Source: Selaginella moellendorffii (Eukaryota > Plantae > Lycopodiophyta). Taken from it: 64,000 nt of DNA. The translations under genes were made by a program, and so were the position numbers. Below, one piece after another: positions 12,001-24,830 of this stretch; the first letter of the stretch is position 1, and each line of letters begins with the position of its first letter. Where the stretch lies: NCBI RefSeq assembly GCF_000143415.4, contig NW_003314310.1, positions 986,611 to 1,050,610 of the forward strand, written 5' to 3'. Below the pieces are notes generated by a model. That model saw nothing but the letters and a program-made list of their open reading frames with translations. It was not told where the DNA came from and searched no databases.

Positions 12001-15000
12001 TGGCTGATCTATTGATCACTTTGCCGAAAACCATTCCGTTTTCATAAGCCAGTACAAACTAGTGAAGGGGTTGGAGTTGACTTCAGTTAGCTTAGACCTT
12101 GGTAGGTAGTTTGTATGATGCAACTCGAAAGGGATGCTAACTTTTGGGGCTAAGGCAATTGAGTTGGATAGAGTCTGGTATAGAAAAGTGGTTGTTGCGC
12201 TTTTCTAAGAAGGGTGACCCTTGTACCTTTCTTTTGTAGCGTTATGCTTGGTGGCAGGTTGCACTTTGCATTTCGTTAGACTCTATGAGAGTAGTGAGCT
12301 CTCACTGATCTTGACTTGGTCTTGGTGGCCCTGCGCCTTGGTGATGTTCAACTTAGTTGTTTGAGTTTGAGATGTTGGTACCCATACTGTAGCTTTGTCT
12401 ATGAGGAGGTTGTGTACCAATATGAGTCCATCTCATGGTCTTCGCTTTAGTTTCGGCTAAGTGTTGGTCATGCATAGCTAGCCTCTTCAAAGCATGCTCA
12501 GAGCTAGTGGCTAAATGCATTGGTGAGCTTATCGCGGTTGAGTTGGATTCGAGTGGTCATTTAATTTGTGCTTGTCCATGAACCTTTATCTCATATTTGG
12601 GGTATTACGTTCATGTTGGACAAGTGTGTAACTCAATGGCATGAGTTAGTGTTTGGGTCTTGTGAAAGGCAAGACAAGTGATTGTTGGTTGCTTTGCAAC
12701 TAGTGATTGCTTGTAGACTTTGTCAAGGGCTTTGGACACTTGCTTCGCTTGATGAAGATTTAGCAGTGATGGGTTTACTTTACCGAATGGTATTGCGGAG
12801 GATCGTGTCATTTGACTTACATGGGTTTTCCATGCTGGCATGTCGACTCTACCTCTGTTGGCATCATTTGGTTGCGTTTAGTTCATAGTGTTGGATTTCA
12901 TTGAGTCTTGGATGTGGTGATGCACTCCTTGAGGAAGTGTTATCTATACCTGGGTAATGTTGAAGAACTAGTCTCGGATACTGACTAAAGTATCTTCGAC
13001 TTTGGTTAGCTTGGTTGCAAGAGAGTTTTGAGTGGTGATTCACTCTTGCTTTCTTTTAGTTTTGTTCTGATGTTGATGGCATTGAGGTGATGCCTTGTCA
13101 TTGATATTATTGACGTTGAGATTCAAGTGAGATGAGATGTCTATCCTTAGGATTGATATTGCGTTTCATTAGTCTCGATGAAAATAGTGTTGATGATTTG
13201 GCTATGGCTTTGTGTTATTGGCATTCGTGCATTTGCTAGTTAGCAACTGTGTTGACGTTCAAACAAGCGGAATGGCAAGTTTGAATTAGTTGTGTTCTAG
13301 ACGAGGTTATTTAGTAGGGGTTGAGCTTTGGCTTTTCCTTGAAAAGTGATTTAGTCATGGACTATGCTAACTCTACAAATGGGAGAGTTAGTGATCGATA
13401 TTGGAATATTTGAATCCTTATGGGATTTTAGTTGAAATATATTGATCATTGATGATTCTTTTTGTGCTTGTTATGAAGTGAGTTACGTCTTGCTATGGAT
13501 GGATTCATGGAGGATCGTTTGGTGATCACTTGTCCAGCATAGCTTCGTTATGCTTAGCTTTTGGATTGATGCAGACATGCTCTTCATTAGCTTGGCATTA
13601 TGAAGTTTAGCTTATGGATGTGTTGAGGAAGATATTGTGGGTTGAACTATAATTTCTTCTTTAGCATTGAAGTTAGTTCATGCGAAACTTGTGATCATTG
13701 TTAGGAAAGATTTAGCTATAGACTTCTTCGAGCTTTTGGTTCTTTGAGCTTTATGCTTGTTGTTCCATTTGTTAGAAGTTGTTGGGGAGGGCATTTTGGC
13801 TTGTTAGCTTCGATGAAGTTAGTATTTGCATCTGGCAATCATTGGTGATGATTAATTATCATCTAAGATAGTTGATTATCCTTGTCAAGGGTTTTGCTTG
13901 GTTGTTGTTGATATAGAATGATTCGCTGCTCTTTGAGATAGTGGATTCTTTCTTAGACGATGATTATGCATCTCTTTATTGATGGGATGATTGATGATCT
14001 TTCGTGATAGTTAGTTGTTCTCTTTGATGGCTTGTGGCTTTTTGCAATATCACATGTTCTTTGTGATTTGCTCTAGATTGGTCTCTTGGGTTTGAGACAT
14101 CAAAAGGATGTTGCTAACACTTGCTTAGGCAACTTGAATTCCTTAGTGTTGTTGGATGGGATCTATTTGGATTGGCTAGTGTGATAGTTGGCATGAATGG
14201 GTGTTTGTTGGTCTTACCGCATTTATTCTGTTCTGTTGATTATTGCTCGAGTTAATTCTGATAGGTTGGGATGTTATTTCCTTCGGGTGATACATTCGCG
14301 AGCATTGTGCCTGTCAGTCAATGATACTTTGTGTTCTTTGAGTTATCTCTAGTAAGTTGTTGGCTTACTGTCTGCTATCTTTGATAGTTATGTTTTATCA
14401 TTAAGTGTTCTTGATGATACACTAGCTATTGAATTTTGTTGGATAGTGAATCCTATGTTTTCCAATTATGATGATCTTGGTGGTTCCTGCACTATACTAC
14501 TAGTTTATCAGATGATAACTTACTTGGAATACTTTTGTGTTCTAATCTAAGATATAATCACTGATAATTCAGCTTCTAAGATATCATTGTCTCTGACTTT
14601 GATATTGTCCATCTATTGATCTTTGAGTTTGGGCCAGTATAGGCAGACTAGCTTCGGCACTTCATGTGCATGTTGAAATCTCTAGTCATGGGGTAGCTAC
14701 TGTCGACTGGTCACATAACCCGCCTCTTTGTCGATGTTCCTTGTTCCGTTAAAAGGGCGTGACCGTGTAAACAACTCTAACTGCCTGTTTACAGTAGTCT
14801 ATCTAAACCTTACCGACGGGTTTGGTTTCTTTGCTTAGGAGGGTTGGGGCTTCTGGCTTCTCTCTCTATGTTCCTGCGGGCAGGGGCATATCACACTTTT
14901 GTAAGCTGGGTGACTCCCAGAGCAGCAGGGGTGGCTGACTCCGTTAGTCATTTCCTTGTCGGCGACGGCCGGAAGGTGTCTGAGCTGGTAGCGCATCCGC

Positions 15001-16296
15001 GTTAGACAAAGAGGTTGCCCCCTAACTCATTTAAGTTGGTGCATTTCTCACATAGTGTGAGTACCGTGAACTTTTTCTGGAGTTGTTTCCTTGGCGGTAT
15101 TCTAGACTCGTGCATCGACGAGGACGTCGATCTTCCCTAGGGGGGGAGAGTGTCGCGCATGTGACTTCGGGTATCGAAAGTTACCTGTCGACTAGTCCTT
15201 ACGGACACTCTTACCTTACTGCCACGATGGCAGGAGGTCGGTATTGCTGGACCCTTTATCAGCCCCTCTTGTTCAAGTGTTAGTAAACTGGACTTTGCAT
15301 CTGTACTTGGCCGGATGAGCATAAGGACGGAATTCCTAAGTGTCTATTCAGCCAAGCATACTTGGCCTGGCTTTTTAGTTCTCTTTTGCTCTGTCTTGCA
15401 CTAGCTTGACAAGAACCCTCGCGTATTGAGATTGGTCCCTCAATATCGCCGGATGATAGCTTACCGTGTCTGCCAAACACCCTCGCTATCATGCCCTTAG
15501 CGTTAGTCTCAATTCGGTCCCAAATGCTATTTATGGAAAATGTCCAGATTTGCTCATTTGGCATATCTACAGAATGTAGAGATCGGTCTGAACACAATGG
15601 TGTTCGTCCCATGTCCAAATTCACAATCTAGGGACATTCCATATTTAGTAAGTTTCGAGCTTGTCCCAGAGACTAACTCCTGATACTAAGGGAGGCTTGG
15701 GGTGAAAGCCCAAAGTGTGTGTTCCTCAAGGGGGGGGGGCTGTGAGGGGTTCCAAATGTATAGTAGGGATAGTGGGTAGGTTGGGCATGGCCAACCAACC
15801 TGAGGCATAGTCTAGCTCCCGCTTGCGTGCCTGTCCTTGTTTTGCGTCCGGCTTGGGTCTAAGCCCAAGTTCCATTCCATGCTAGTTGGTGGAGTACCCA
15901 TATCCTCACGTTAGGCCACCGGTATGCCGAAATAGCGCCAGACTCCGTTTGGCTCCATTTTGCGTGCTGGTCCTGGCATTGGGATGCTGGTTGTTCCAGG
16001 ACTGTTCCAAGTCGCTCCGGGCCCCTGTCCCTTCGCTCCTTGGGCTTTATGCTCGGGAGTTGCTCCGTGGTTCGGTTCCATCACTCCTTGGCTCCATGCT
16101 TGGGAGTTTGGCACCGTTCCTTTGTTCAGTGGCCCAAGGCCCTGAACCTCAGGTTCTTATGGACACGTGGCATAGACACGTGGCATGTGACACGTGGCAT
16201 CCGTCACGTGGCACAAAGAGGGTTTAGGTTCCGCTTCGTGGTGTTATCCTATGGTAAATCACCATAGGATAAAGGGTCAAAACCACGTACGCTACA
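9046..16296 (+). mobile_element. Full-length non-autonomous LTR retrotransposon, family A (LARD-like, Gypsy-derived)
   Basis: LTRs 9046-10192 and 15151-16296 (TG..CA, ~6 substitutions + 1 indel by eye). TSD CTATC at 9041-9045 and 16297-16301. PBS tggtatcagag (tRNA-iMet) 10195-10205. PPT agggggggagag 15139-15150. No long ORF in the ~5-kb interior. Confidence 0.95.
10058..10110 (+). promoter_or_regulatory. Four tandem G-box/ABRE-like motifs (CACGTGGC) in LTR-A
   Basis: gacacgtggcatagacacgtggcatgtgacacgtggcatccgtcacgtggcac; repeated in the other LTR-A copies with some decay. Confidence 0.55.
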
Positions 16297-16522
16297 CTAT
16301 CTGACCAAACTCAAAACTAATCCAACACTAAGCTACTCAAGAGTAAAAGAAAAATGCAACATAAATGCCGCACCCCACTGATAGAGATTTACAACATCCA
16401 ACATCGCTAACTTTTATTCACAACACAGACAAGCTTATGCCACTCTTTATCCAACCAAACTTAAAACTAATCCAACACCAAACTACTTAAGGAGCAAAAG
16501 CAAGGTTCCCTAAAAAAGAATT

Positions 16523-17113
16523 TATAAGTTTCTAGTTTGGACTTGTCAGGAGGTCACCCAACCCAGTACTATTCAAACCTAAAGACGTTTAACCCCAAAT
16601 ATCCCAAAACCCTTAATCGATTGAAAAAGAGGGTACATTTTTATTCATGGACCCTTTCCCTTTATATTTAAACCCCATAGACCGTCTCTCGAGTCGTTCC
16701 CTTTTATTACTTACAATCCACCACGCTTCCTTGCAAGTTTACACCCTCGTGAATGAAAGCCAAGAGCTGCAACTCTCCTGAGAGCCCCGCTCTCTTGACA
16801 CCCTACCCCTTGGGTCGAGCCTAATGGGAGCAAATTGAACTTGTTAGATGTCAATCAACATGTGGTGTGATTCCCCTAGCCAACTAACAAAGTCGGACCT
16901 GAGACCCTTTTAATACCAAATGTAAGTTTTTCGTTTGGACTTCTCGAGAGGTCACTTAGCCCAATTTTATTCAAACCCAAGGATACTTAACCCCAAATAT
17001 CCCAAAACCCTTAATCGATTAGAAAAATGGGTGCACTCTTATTCATGGGCCCTTTCCCTCTATATTTGAACCCCATGAACCATCTCTTGAGTTGTTCCTT
17101 TTAGTTGCTTATA
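16523..17113 (-). mobile_element. Cassandra-type TRIM (5S rRNA-derived LTRs), decayed
   Basis: LTRs 16523-16715 and 16921-17113 contain ggactt..caggaggtcacccaacccagtacta, the reverse complement of the 5S rRNA internal promoter region. PBS remnant taataccaaa before 16921, PPT remnant atccaccacgcttcc after 16715, TSD gaatt/aaatt. Confidence 0.85.
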
Positions 17114-18699
17114 AAATTGAGCATTGTAATCCAAATCTTTAATAGTAAACCTAGGCAAAATGGTTTAACATTTCACCACTATCCATCTCACAACTCACCA
17201 CTTGTAAAACTATTATAACCAATATGTATCAAACTAGGGATATTTTATTGCACGATGTGACCACGAGAAATGAGTCACACCTTATTGAAAAATTATCTCT
17301 CCAAGAAGAGAAAATGATTTAAGTGTTTGATCTTTTGTCTTTGACAACTCTTTTTTCGGTCTCATCTTGATTAAACCTTAAGTTTGTGTTTGCACTACTT
17401 TTAGTCCAATTCAAGAAAAGTTTATGAGAGAGCACAATAATAACTACTTGAACTAATAGACTAATCCTTATAGTCTTGATTGATCCATTTATAATCATGC
17501 CTAAGAAGGATCCACTAATGCCATGCTAAACAATTATGGACTAGCCTATTTCCCACTTATAGCAAACCCAAGGGAAGTTTACTTTTAACCCATGGTACAT
17601 GGAACAACTTATCATTTGCATCTCTGCGTATACAACAAGACTAGTTTCCCAATTTTATTAAATAGTACTTACTGAGACTTCATTCTCTAATACTAAATGT
17701 AGCACACATGGTTTCTATCCTTTATCCTATAGTGATTTACTATAGGATAACTATGAAGTGGAACTTAAACCCTTTATATGCTATGTGTCACATGCCATAT
17801 ATCCCAAGGATAGCAAAGTGGAACCTGAGTTTCAGGGCCTTGGGTCACTGAACGAAAAAATGGAGCCAAACTCTTAAATATAGAGCCAAGGAGTGACAAA
17901 ACTAGAGCATGGAACAACTCCCAAGCATATAGCCCAAGGAGCGAAGGAACAAGAGCATGGTATAAAACCAAGGAGCCAGAATATGGGTATTCCACTAGCT
18001 ATCATGGTGTAGAACTTGGGTTTAAACCCAAAGAATAAAAACAAGCATGCAAGCATGAACTAAATTATGCCTCAAGTTGCTTGGCCATGCTCGACCTAAC
18101 CACTATCCCCACCCCACCCCACCCCACCCACCCCCTCCTTTTGAGGAACACACATTTTGGGCTTTCACCTTTATCCACCTTAGTACCAAGAGTTAGTCTT
18201 TGGGACTAACTCAAAATTTACTAAATATGGAATGGTGTTAAATTGCAAATTTTTGGATATGGAACCAACACTTTTGTGTCCAAGACAATCTCTACATTTT
18301 GTAGATATGCCAGTTAATTCCACTAACACAAAAATGCCCAGTTAACTCCATTAGCACAAAAGGGACTAATATAGAGTCTAACAATACCAACCTCCTACCA
18401 TCATGGCAGTAAGGAAAGAATATTCGAAAGAACTAGCCGACAGGTAACTTTTGATACTCGCAATCACATTCACGACAACAACATATATATAGCTTTTACA
18501 ATAGTAATATTCAAGAGGCTATAAAGTATCAACATCAAACAAATCTTAATAATTCCTAATTGAGTTTTAATCACATTGAACAATAGTCAATTTCCAATTC
18601 CTATTTGCCCCCTTCACCTTAGATTCACAGCACACTTGCTAGCAATTACCTATATAATGATACATTTGTTTTGACAATGAATATAGGTCCTTTATTATA

Positions 18700-20720
18700 T
18701 ATTTGTAACTATTGTCACATACTTCACCGATAAGAACAAGTCTATTTGTTGCTAGAGTGGACAGGTTTATTTGCCTCCAATACTTCTGTTACCACCTTTT
18801 CTATATTCTGTATATAACTCACACAAAAACTCTAATTACAAGAGTAATACAAGACAATATACTAGTGCACTGGCTTTCACATCTTTGGAAGTAACATTAA
18901 TACTTTTATAGGTCATGGTCCATATTGCTATACAATTCATTGACAAATCTATCACAAAATTATGCCACAACATCCTTCAATACATCAAAATCCAAGTTAT
19001 AGTCAATTGTACATACTAGACTCTAATAAGGCTATTGATCTTAGAAAACAAAACCCTTTTAACATTAACTGTGATTATAATTTATTGCTTCAACTAGATA
19101 CAATACTTTGACATATTAATCCATATGCAGAAGTTTTTAGAATGATGTATAAATTGGAACAAGAAAATATTTTAAGAACTATTATCTCTGGTAGATTTTT
19201 ACATGGAGTATATATGCTCATTAAAAATGAAGGCACAAACCATCATCGATATAATACTCCACAAACTAATGATGTTGTAATAGTTTTCTAAAGTGAAGAT
19301 AGGATGCCACTTTTTGACCGTGAAATATGCATTCATCCAAAATCATCAGAACCACAACATATATCTATTTTAAATGCTAATTGCAATCCTATGGTTTATC
19401 CATTGCTTTTTCCACATGGAGATAAAGCCTAACATGACAAACATTCTTCTAACAAACATATAACACTCCTTCAATATTATGCTTATTATTTGTCCAAAAG
19501 AGATTTAATATTATCATCCTCTATAGTTACATATGACCAAATTTTACATGCTGGAAAACTCACCCAATAATATATTGTAGATGCCTATATTAAAATTGAA
19601 AGAAATAATTTACAATACTATAGATCTAATCAAAAAAATATGAGAGTTGATTTTTATACAGGTTTAATGGATTATATTACTAGCAAAGCTACTGATGCAA
19701 ATGCTCGACTAGGAAAAATTGTTATTTTACCATCTACTTTAATAAGAACCCCAAGAGTTATGCAACAAAATTACCAAGATGCTATGACAATTGCAATAAA
19801 ATACTCAAAACCTAATATTTTCATAATTTTCAATAGCAACCCTAAATGGCCTAAGACATTACAAAATCTACACCCTAATGAAGGACCTGAAGACTGACAT
19901 GATTTAAAATATTTTCTCCATGATATTACAAAACATAATATCTTTGGAAGATGTATTGCATTTATATATGTCATTGAATTCTAAAAAAAGGATTGCCACA
20001 TTGTCATTTCCTAGGCACATTAGACAATGAAAGTAAAATTAAAGACCATAAGTAATATATATCTGCTCAATTACTTAACCATTTATCAGAGCCCAAACTA
20101 TTTGAAATAATTATATCACATATGATACATGGTTTATGTGGATTACTAAATCCTCAAAGTACATGTATGAAAAAAAAAATGCTCAAAAAACTATCCCAAA
20201 AACTTCAATGACAAGACCATATATTATGTAGATGGGTACCTAAACTATTTAAGACCAAACAATGACTGCACCTTCCTTAAAAATCATGTTCCAATTGATA
20301 ATAAATGGATTATATTCCCATATAATAAATATTTATGTAAAAAACAAAGTCCATATAAATGTAGAAATATGTCCATCAATTAAAAGTATTAAGTATCTTT
20401 TTCAATATGTTTAAAAAAGATATAATTGTGTAACCATTGAAATCCAAACAACTACATAGTCTAAAAACATATTAAATTAGGTCACAAATATTATAAATAC
20501 TCAATATATTTCAGCACTAGAAGCTATTTGAAGGATATTTAAATTTAAAATACATGGATGCTCACACCCTGTAATACATCTACCCATTCATCTTTCTAAT
20601 TTTCAACATGTATATTTTACAGAAGGTTTAGAGCACAATGCCTTGCAAAGGGCAATATGTAATGGAACAATGCTAATAAAATGGTTTGAGCTCAATATTC
20701 ATGATCCAAATGCAAAGAGA
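18700..20720 (+). pseudogene. Helitron Rep (HUH) / helicase-like N-terminal region, heavily decayed
   Basis: Translatable motifs GHGPYCY, RYNTP, PMVYPLLFPHG, GKLTQ*YIVDAYIKIE, VILPST..TPRVMQQNYQDAM, EF*K.GLPHCH (HUH), HINVEIC..IKYLF, YISALEA. Many stops and frameshifts. Confidence 0.9.
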
Positions 20721-22280
20721 TGGGAATTCCTTACCAGGCTAAGTATGCTTATAACATGTAGAAATTCTGTCCTTATCTGGTCTAAGTACACTCGAAATGC
20801 CTAATTAACTCCACTAGCACAAAAGGGACTAATAAAGGGTCCAACAATACTGACTTTTTGCTATCCTAGCAGTAAGGAAAGCATATTTAAAAGGACTAGC
20901 CGACAGATAGCTTTCAATATCCGAAATCACATTCATGATATTTTTCCCCCCCTTAGGGAAGATCAATGTCCTTGTCAATGCATACTTCAATCTAAACCAC
21001 TGCCAAGGAAATAACTCTAGAAAAAGTTCACAATGATCACACTATGTGAGAAATGCACCAACTTAAATGGGTTAGGGTAACCTTTTTGTCTAATGTGGAT
21101 ATGCTACTAACTCAAACACCTTTCAGCTGTCGTTGATAAGGAAATGACCAACAGAATTAGCCACTCTTGCTACTCTGGGTGTCACCTAGCTTACAAAAGT
21201 GTGATACACCCTTGCTCGTAGGGACATAGAGAGAGAACCCAGTGGCCCAAACCCTCATGAGCAAAGAAACCAAGCCCATTAGTAAAGTTTATATAAACTA
21301 CTGTAAACAGACAGTTAGAGTTATTTATATGGTCACGCCCTTTTAACGGAATAAGGAATATCAATAGAGAGGTGGGTGATGTGACCAATCGATCGTAGCT
21401 ACCCTATGACTGAAGAATTCACCATGCAAACGAAGTGTTGAAGCCAATCTACCTATACTAGCCCAAACTCAAAGATCAACAGATGGACAATATCAAAGTC
21501 AAAGACAATGATATCTTAGAGATTTAATTATCAGTGAATAAATCTTATATTAAAACACAAAAGTATTCCAAGTAAATTATCATCTGATAAACCAATATTA
21601 GAGTACAGGAACCACCAAGATCTTTAAAAGTTAAAATCATAGAATTAATCATTCAACAAAATTGAGAAAACTCAATGATAAAATATAACCACCAAAAATT
21701 GTAGATAGTATGCCAAACAACTTACCAAAACTAACTCAAAAAACACAAAATATCATTGATTGGCAAACAAAATGCTCGCGAATGTATTGTTTGAAGGAAA
21801 TAACATTTTAATCTATCAGAAGCAATTGTAATGATAGTCAACAGAATAGAATGAATATGGTAAAACCAATAAACATTCGCTCATGCCAACTGTCATATTA
21901 ACCAATTTGAATAGATTCCAATCAACAATACAAAGGAGCTCAAGTTGCTTAAGTAAGCATCGGCAACATCTTATTGATGTCTCAAACCCAAGAAACTAAT
22001 CTAGAGCAAACCACAAAGAACATACGGTAATGTGAAAAACCATAAGGTATCAAAGAGAATAATTAATTATCATGAAAGATCATTAATCATCCCATCAATA
22101 GAGAAATGCATAATGATTGTCGAAGAAAAGAATCCACCATCCTGAAGAATGGCAAATCATTCTAGATTAACAATAATCAAGCTAATTTTTTTGACAAAAA
22201 CAATCAACTATCCCAAAATGATAATTATTTATCATCAATGATTGCCATATGCAAATATTAACAACATCAAAGTTAATAAT
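20721..22280 (-). mobile_element. Decayed family-A fragment (partial 3' LTR, PPT, 3' internal region)
   Basis: LTR-A end at ~20938, PPT remnant tttccccccccttaggg, collinear with 40015-41365. Confidence 0.85.
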
Positions 22281-22569
22281 ATAGCGCATCTTATTTCTCT
22301 CCCTTTAAGTCAACTGCAAAAGGGGCAATTGCTTGATGAAAGAGCCCTTAGTGGCTATTTTATCCCTATTTATCCCTCAAAGTTCGAAAGATCCACAGTG
22401 ACAGTATATCCAAATCTCATCTCATGATCACATGTGTTACACTCACCCCCCCCCCCCCTTCAGAAAGTCAATGTCCTTATTAACTATTGACTAACAACCC
22501 TTACTGAGCCATAGAGAACTAACACCTCTATTTCTGCACTAAATCTATTAATCCTTTCATTCATTCATT

Positions 22570-22686
22570 CATAATACACATGGACCAATAGTACAGATAC
22601 ACCTAGTGTAAATGAAATCCACCGGGTGTATGTGTAAATGAAATCCACCGGTGTAAAATCCACCCTTTTATGAATTGCATGCCATA
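22570..22686. mobile_element. Isolated right end/TIR of an IS3EU-like element
   Basis: ...tgaaatccaccggtgtaaaatccacccttttatgaattgcatgccata|caaac resembles 35728-35815 and abuts the same target sequence. Confidence 0.7.
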
Positions 22687-22898
22687 CAAACAAAATTGTG
22701 GCTAAGTTTTCATTTTTTGTTTCTTGTGTTTATAATTGAGTTAGTGGTCTAAACCACCGGGCCGTCGGATGAAGATCGTGCGGTCCCTGACGATTCTAGG
22801 GCGCCATTGTCATCGAATCCTTATCACGATAGGGCGCTCTTGATCGCTCTCCGGATCATCGATTCCAGCGCGCGGCGGCGAGGGTTTCAACTAACCAA

Positions 22899-24535
22899 AT
22901 GGACGAGGAATTGGCTAAGGTGGAGGCTCAAATCGGGCTTCTTGAGCTGCAGATCCAAGCGGCTGGGGAATCTTTTCTCTCTGCCTTTCAGAGTGACAAT
23001 CTATCTCTGGCGGACTATTGGCAGAAGAAGGAAGAGCAGCTGCGGAAGGAAAAAGAACAGCTGCGGAAGGAAAAATTACAGCTGCGGAAGAAGGAACTCC
23101 TCCTCCTCCAATGTAATGGTAAGTCATTCTGTGTGTATTTAGCTTTCCCCCTCGATTTGGGGCGTTTTGCTGTGTGTGTGGTTCCATGTGGCTATGGCTG
23201 CTTTCGGCCATGGTTAAGGATTTTGCCAGAGGTGGCTTCAATTCGCTTTTATTTTGGGTTGCTGGAAGTGTGGCTTTTGGCTATGCTGACGCATGCTCCC
23301 CTGGTCGTCCTTGTATGGCTATGGCTGTTGAGACCCTGGTTTTTTCTTCTAGATCTAATACTAACTTTATTTTGTTCTGAATGTTGCAGTGCACGGACCT
23401 GGTAAGCAATTGGGAAAGCCCTTTGTTTCCTAGCCCATTTTCTGTCCAGTTCTTGGTATTCCATTTGTCCAGTTCTGGATGCTACTTTATCTAGTTGGGT
23501 GTCTTCTCTTTGGGATGACTGGTAGCCTGACACTATAGTTTGCTCAGTTCTGCTCACAAGTCTGTGCGTTCCTCCAAAGCCCCCTTGTTTGCTTTTCATG
23601 TCTGTCTTGTGTTTTACTTGGTCATTCCGCGATGCCTTTTCTTTCAAATTTCGTCGCTGCTAATCTGGTAGCCCTCTCTGTCGAGTACCCTTCGCCTCTC
23701 AGATCTGTGTTGCGAAATCCCTGACCATAACCACACATGGAAGAGATGACTAACCGAGTTCTCCTCTCCCGCAGCAGCCTCTCTTTCACCCGGAGCAGCA
23801 GCAACTCTTTATCCCGGAGCGGCTGCTTTGCTTTCCCTGTCTGGTCACGGTTAAGGATTTTTGCTTCCTGAATCTGTTTCTTTCTTTCTGTGTGGATATT
23901 TGGTAATCTCCGCATCCTTGTGGTCATTCTCACCCCTGTTTGCCCTTTGGCTGTGTTTAATTCTGTGGCCATTCCTCCATAGACTTTATTGTGCCTCTCA
24001 CAGCATCAGCGCCAGCAGCGGGACTTCCTCCAGCCGATTCTTAGGTGCCTGGTAAAAATGATGTCTAGGGGACTGAAAGCCATAATTTTTTGTGTCAGAC
24101 AAGATCGCCTGGGCCAAGAAGCTGAACGAGAACCTGACCGCAGATTTTGCTGACGATGGCACTGACTGGACAAGCCATGCGACTTTTCGGGAGCTCCATA
24201 CTTCCGCTTTCTCTGGAATGGAGTAAAACATACATGTACATGGGTCGCTCACTCTTACAGAGATAAAAAGTTTCGTATCGGCCTTGAGACACGGCACTTT
24301 GGATAATGACAACCTTCCTCCAGACCACTGCTCTCGCTACGGTGGCTGGATATCTTCGGCAACTTTGGAAGAACACCTCCAAGAAGGTCGTCTTTATCAA
24401 TGGCGAATGTTTAATTGACAATCCCTCGAGGACAATGTGGCTGGCTCTTTTGCTGAGCTACATAGACGACCTTCCAGCCGAGCTTTCATGCTGGGGGCTG
24501 GACCTTGAAAGTATTAGAATTTTGGATCCTGATGC
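22899..24535 (+). pseudogene. Crinkler (CR)-like gene copy 1: coiled-coil header exon + truncated P-loop NTPase
   Basis: MDEELAKVEAQI..YWQKKEEQLRKEKEQLRKEK.. then gtaagt; later YMYMGR and TALATVAGYLRQLW..KVVFING. Walker A is deleted here. Confidence 0.7.
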
Positions 24536-24544
24536 TGCGGGTAA

Positions 24545-24830
24545 ATGAAGTGAGTGTTGTGGAGGATTTCAATCCTTGTCCCCCTCAGGATTTTCCAGAA
24601 CTTGCTAAGCCAGAACATCTTTCAGAGGTACACTGGTTTCTTCCTCTCCTTCAAAGCCTTCTCTTCCTGGATTTCATCACCATTGTTATCGGAAAACTTC
24701 ACCTTTGGCTTGTACATGCTGGGATCCTTCTTCTTGATCTTGGCTATCATCTCTAAAATTAGTATCTTTGCAGCACTCCATCTTCCAGTCTTCCTCATTT
24801 GATGGCAAATTCATGTCCAGAAGCTTACAC
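24545..24830 (-). pseudogene. KRI1: KRI1-like (40S ribosome biogenesis) gene fragment, copy 1
   Basis: Minus strand reads ILEMIAKIKKKDPSMYKPKVKF..KERKKPVYL/KDVLA, matching the KRI1 signature KIKKKDP.IY...KP.YLKD. Confidence 0.7.

Larger units (their letters stand above)
7870..18477 (-). mobile_element. Old decayed copy of LTR family A (internal part + 5' LTR 17698-18477), host of two nested insertions
   Basis: 7870-9045 and 16297-17697 are collinear with the internal region ~42930-45007 of the intact copy, with heavy C>T/G>A loss. Decayed PBS (ctctaatacta) at ~17685-17695. LTR ends tgtagc...cacgaca. Confidence 0.85.

Noticed and set aside
16538-16595. 5S rRNA gene
   Set aside because: Only the internal promoter-like segment is present, duplicated within TRIM LTRs; it is not a full 5S gene.
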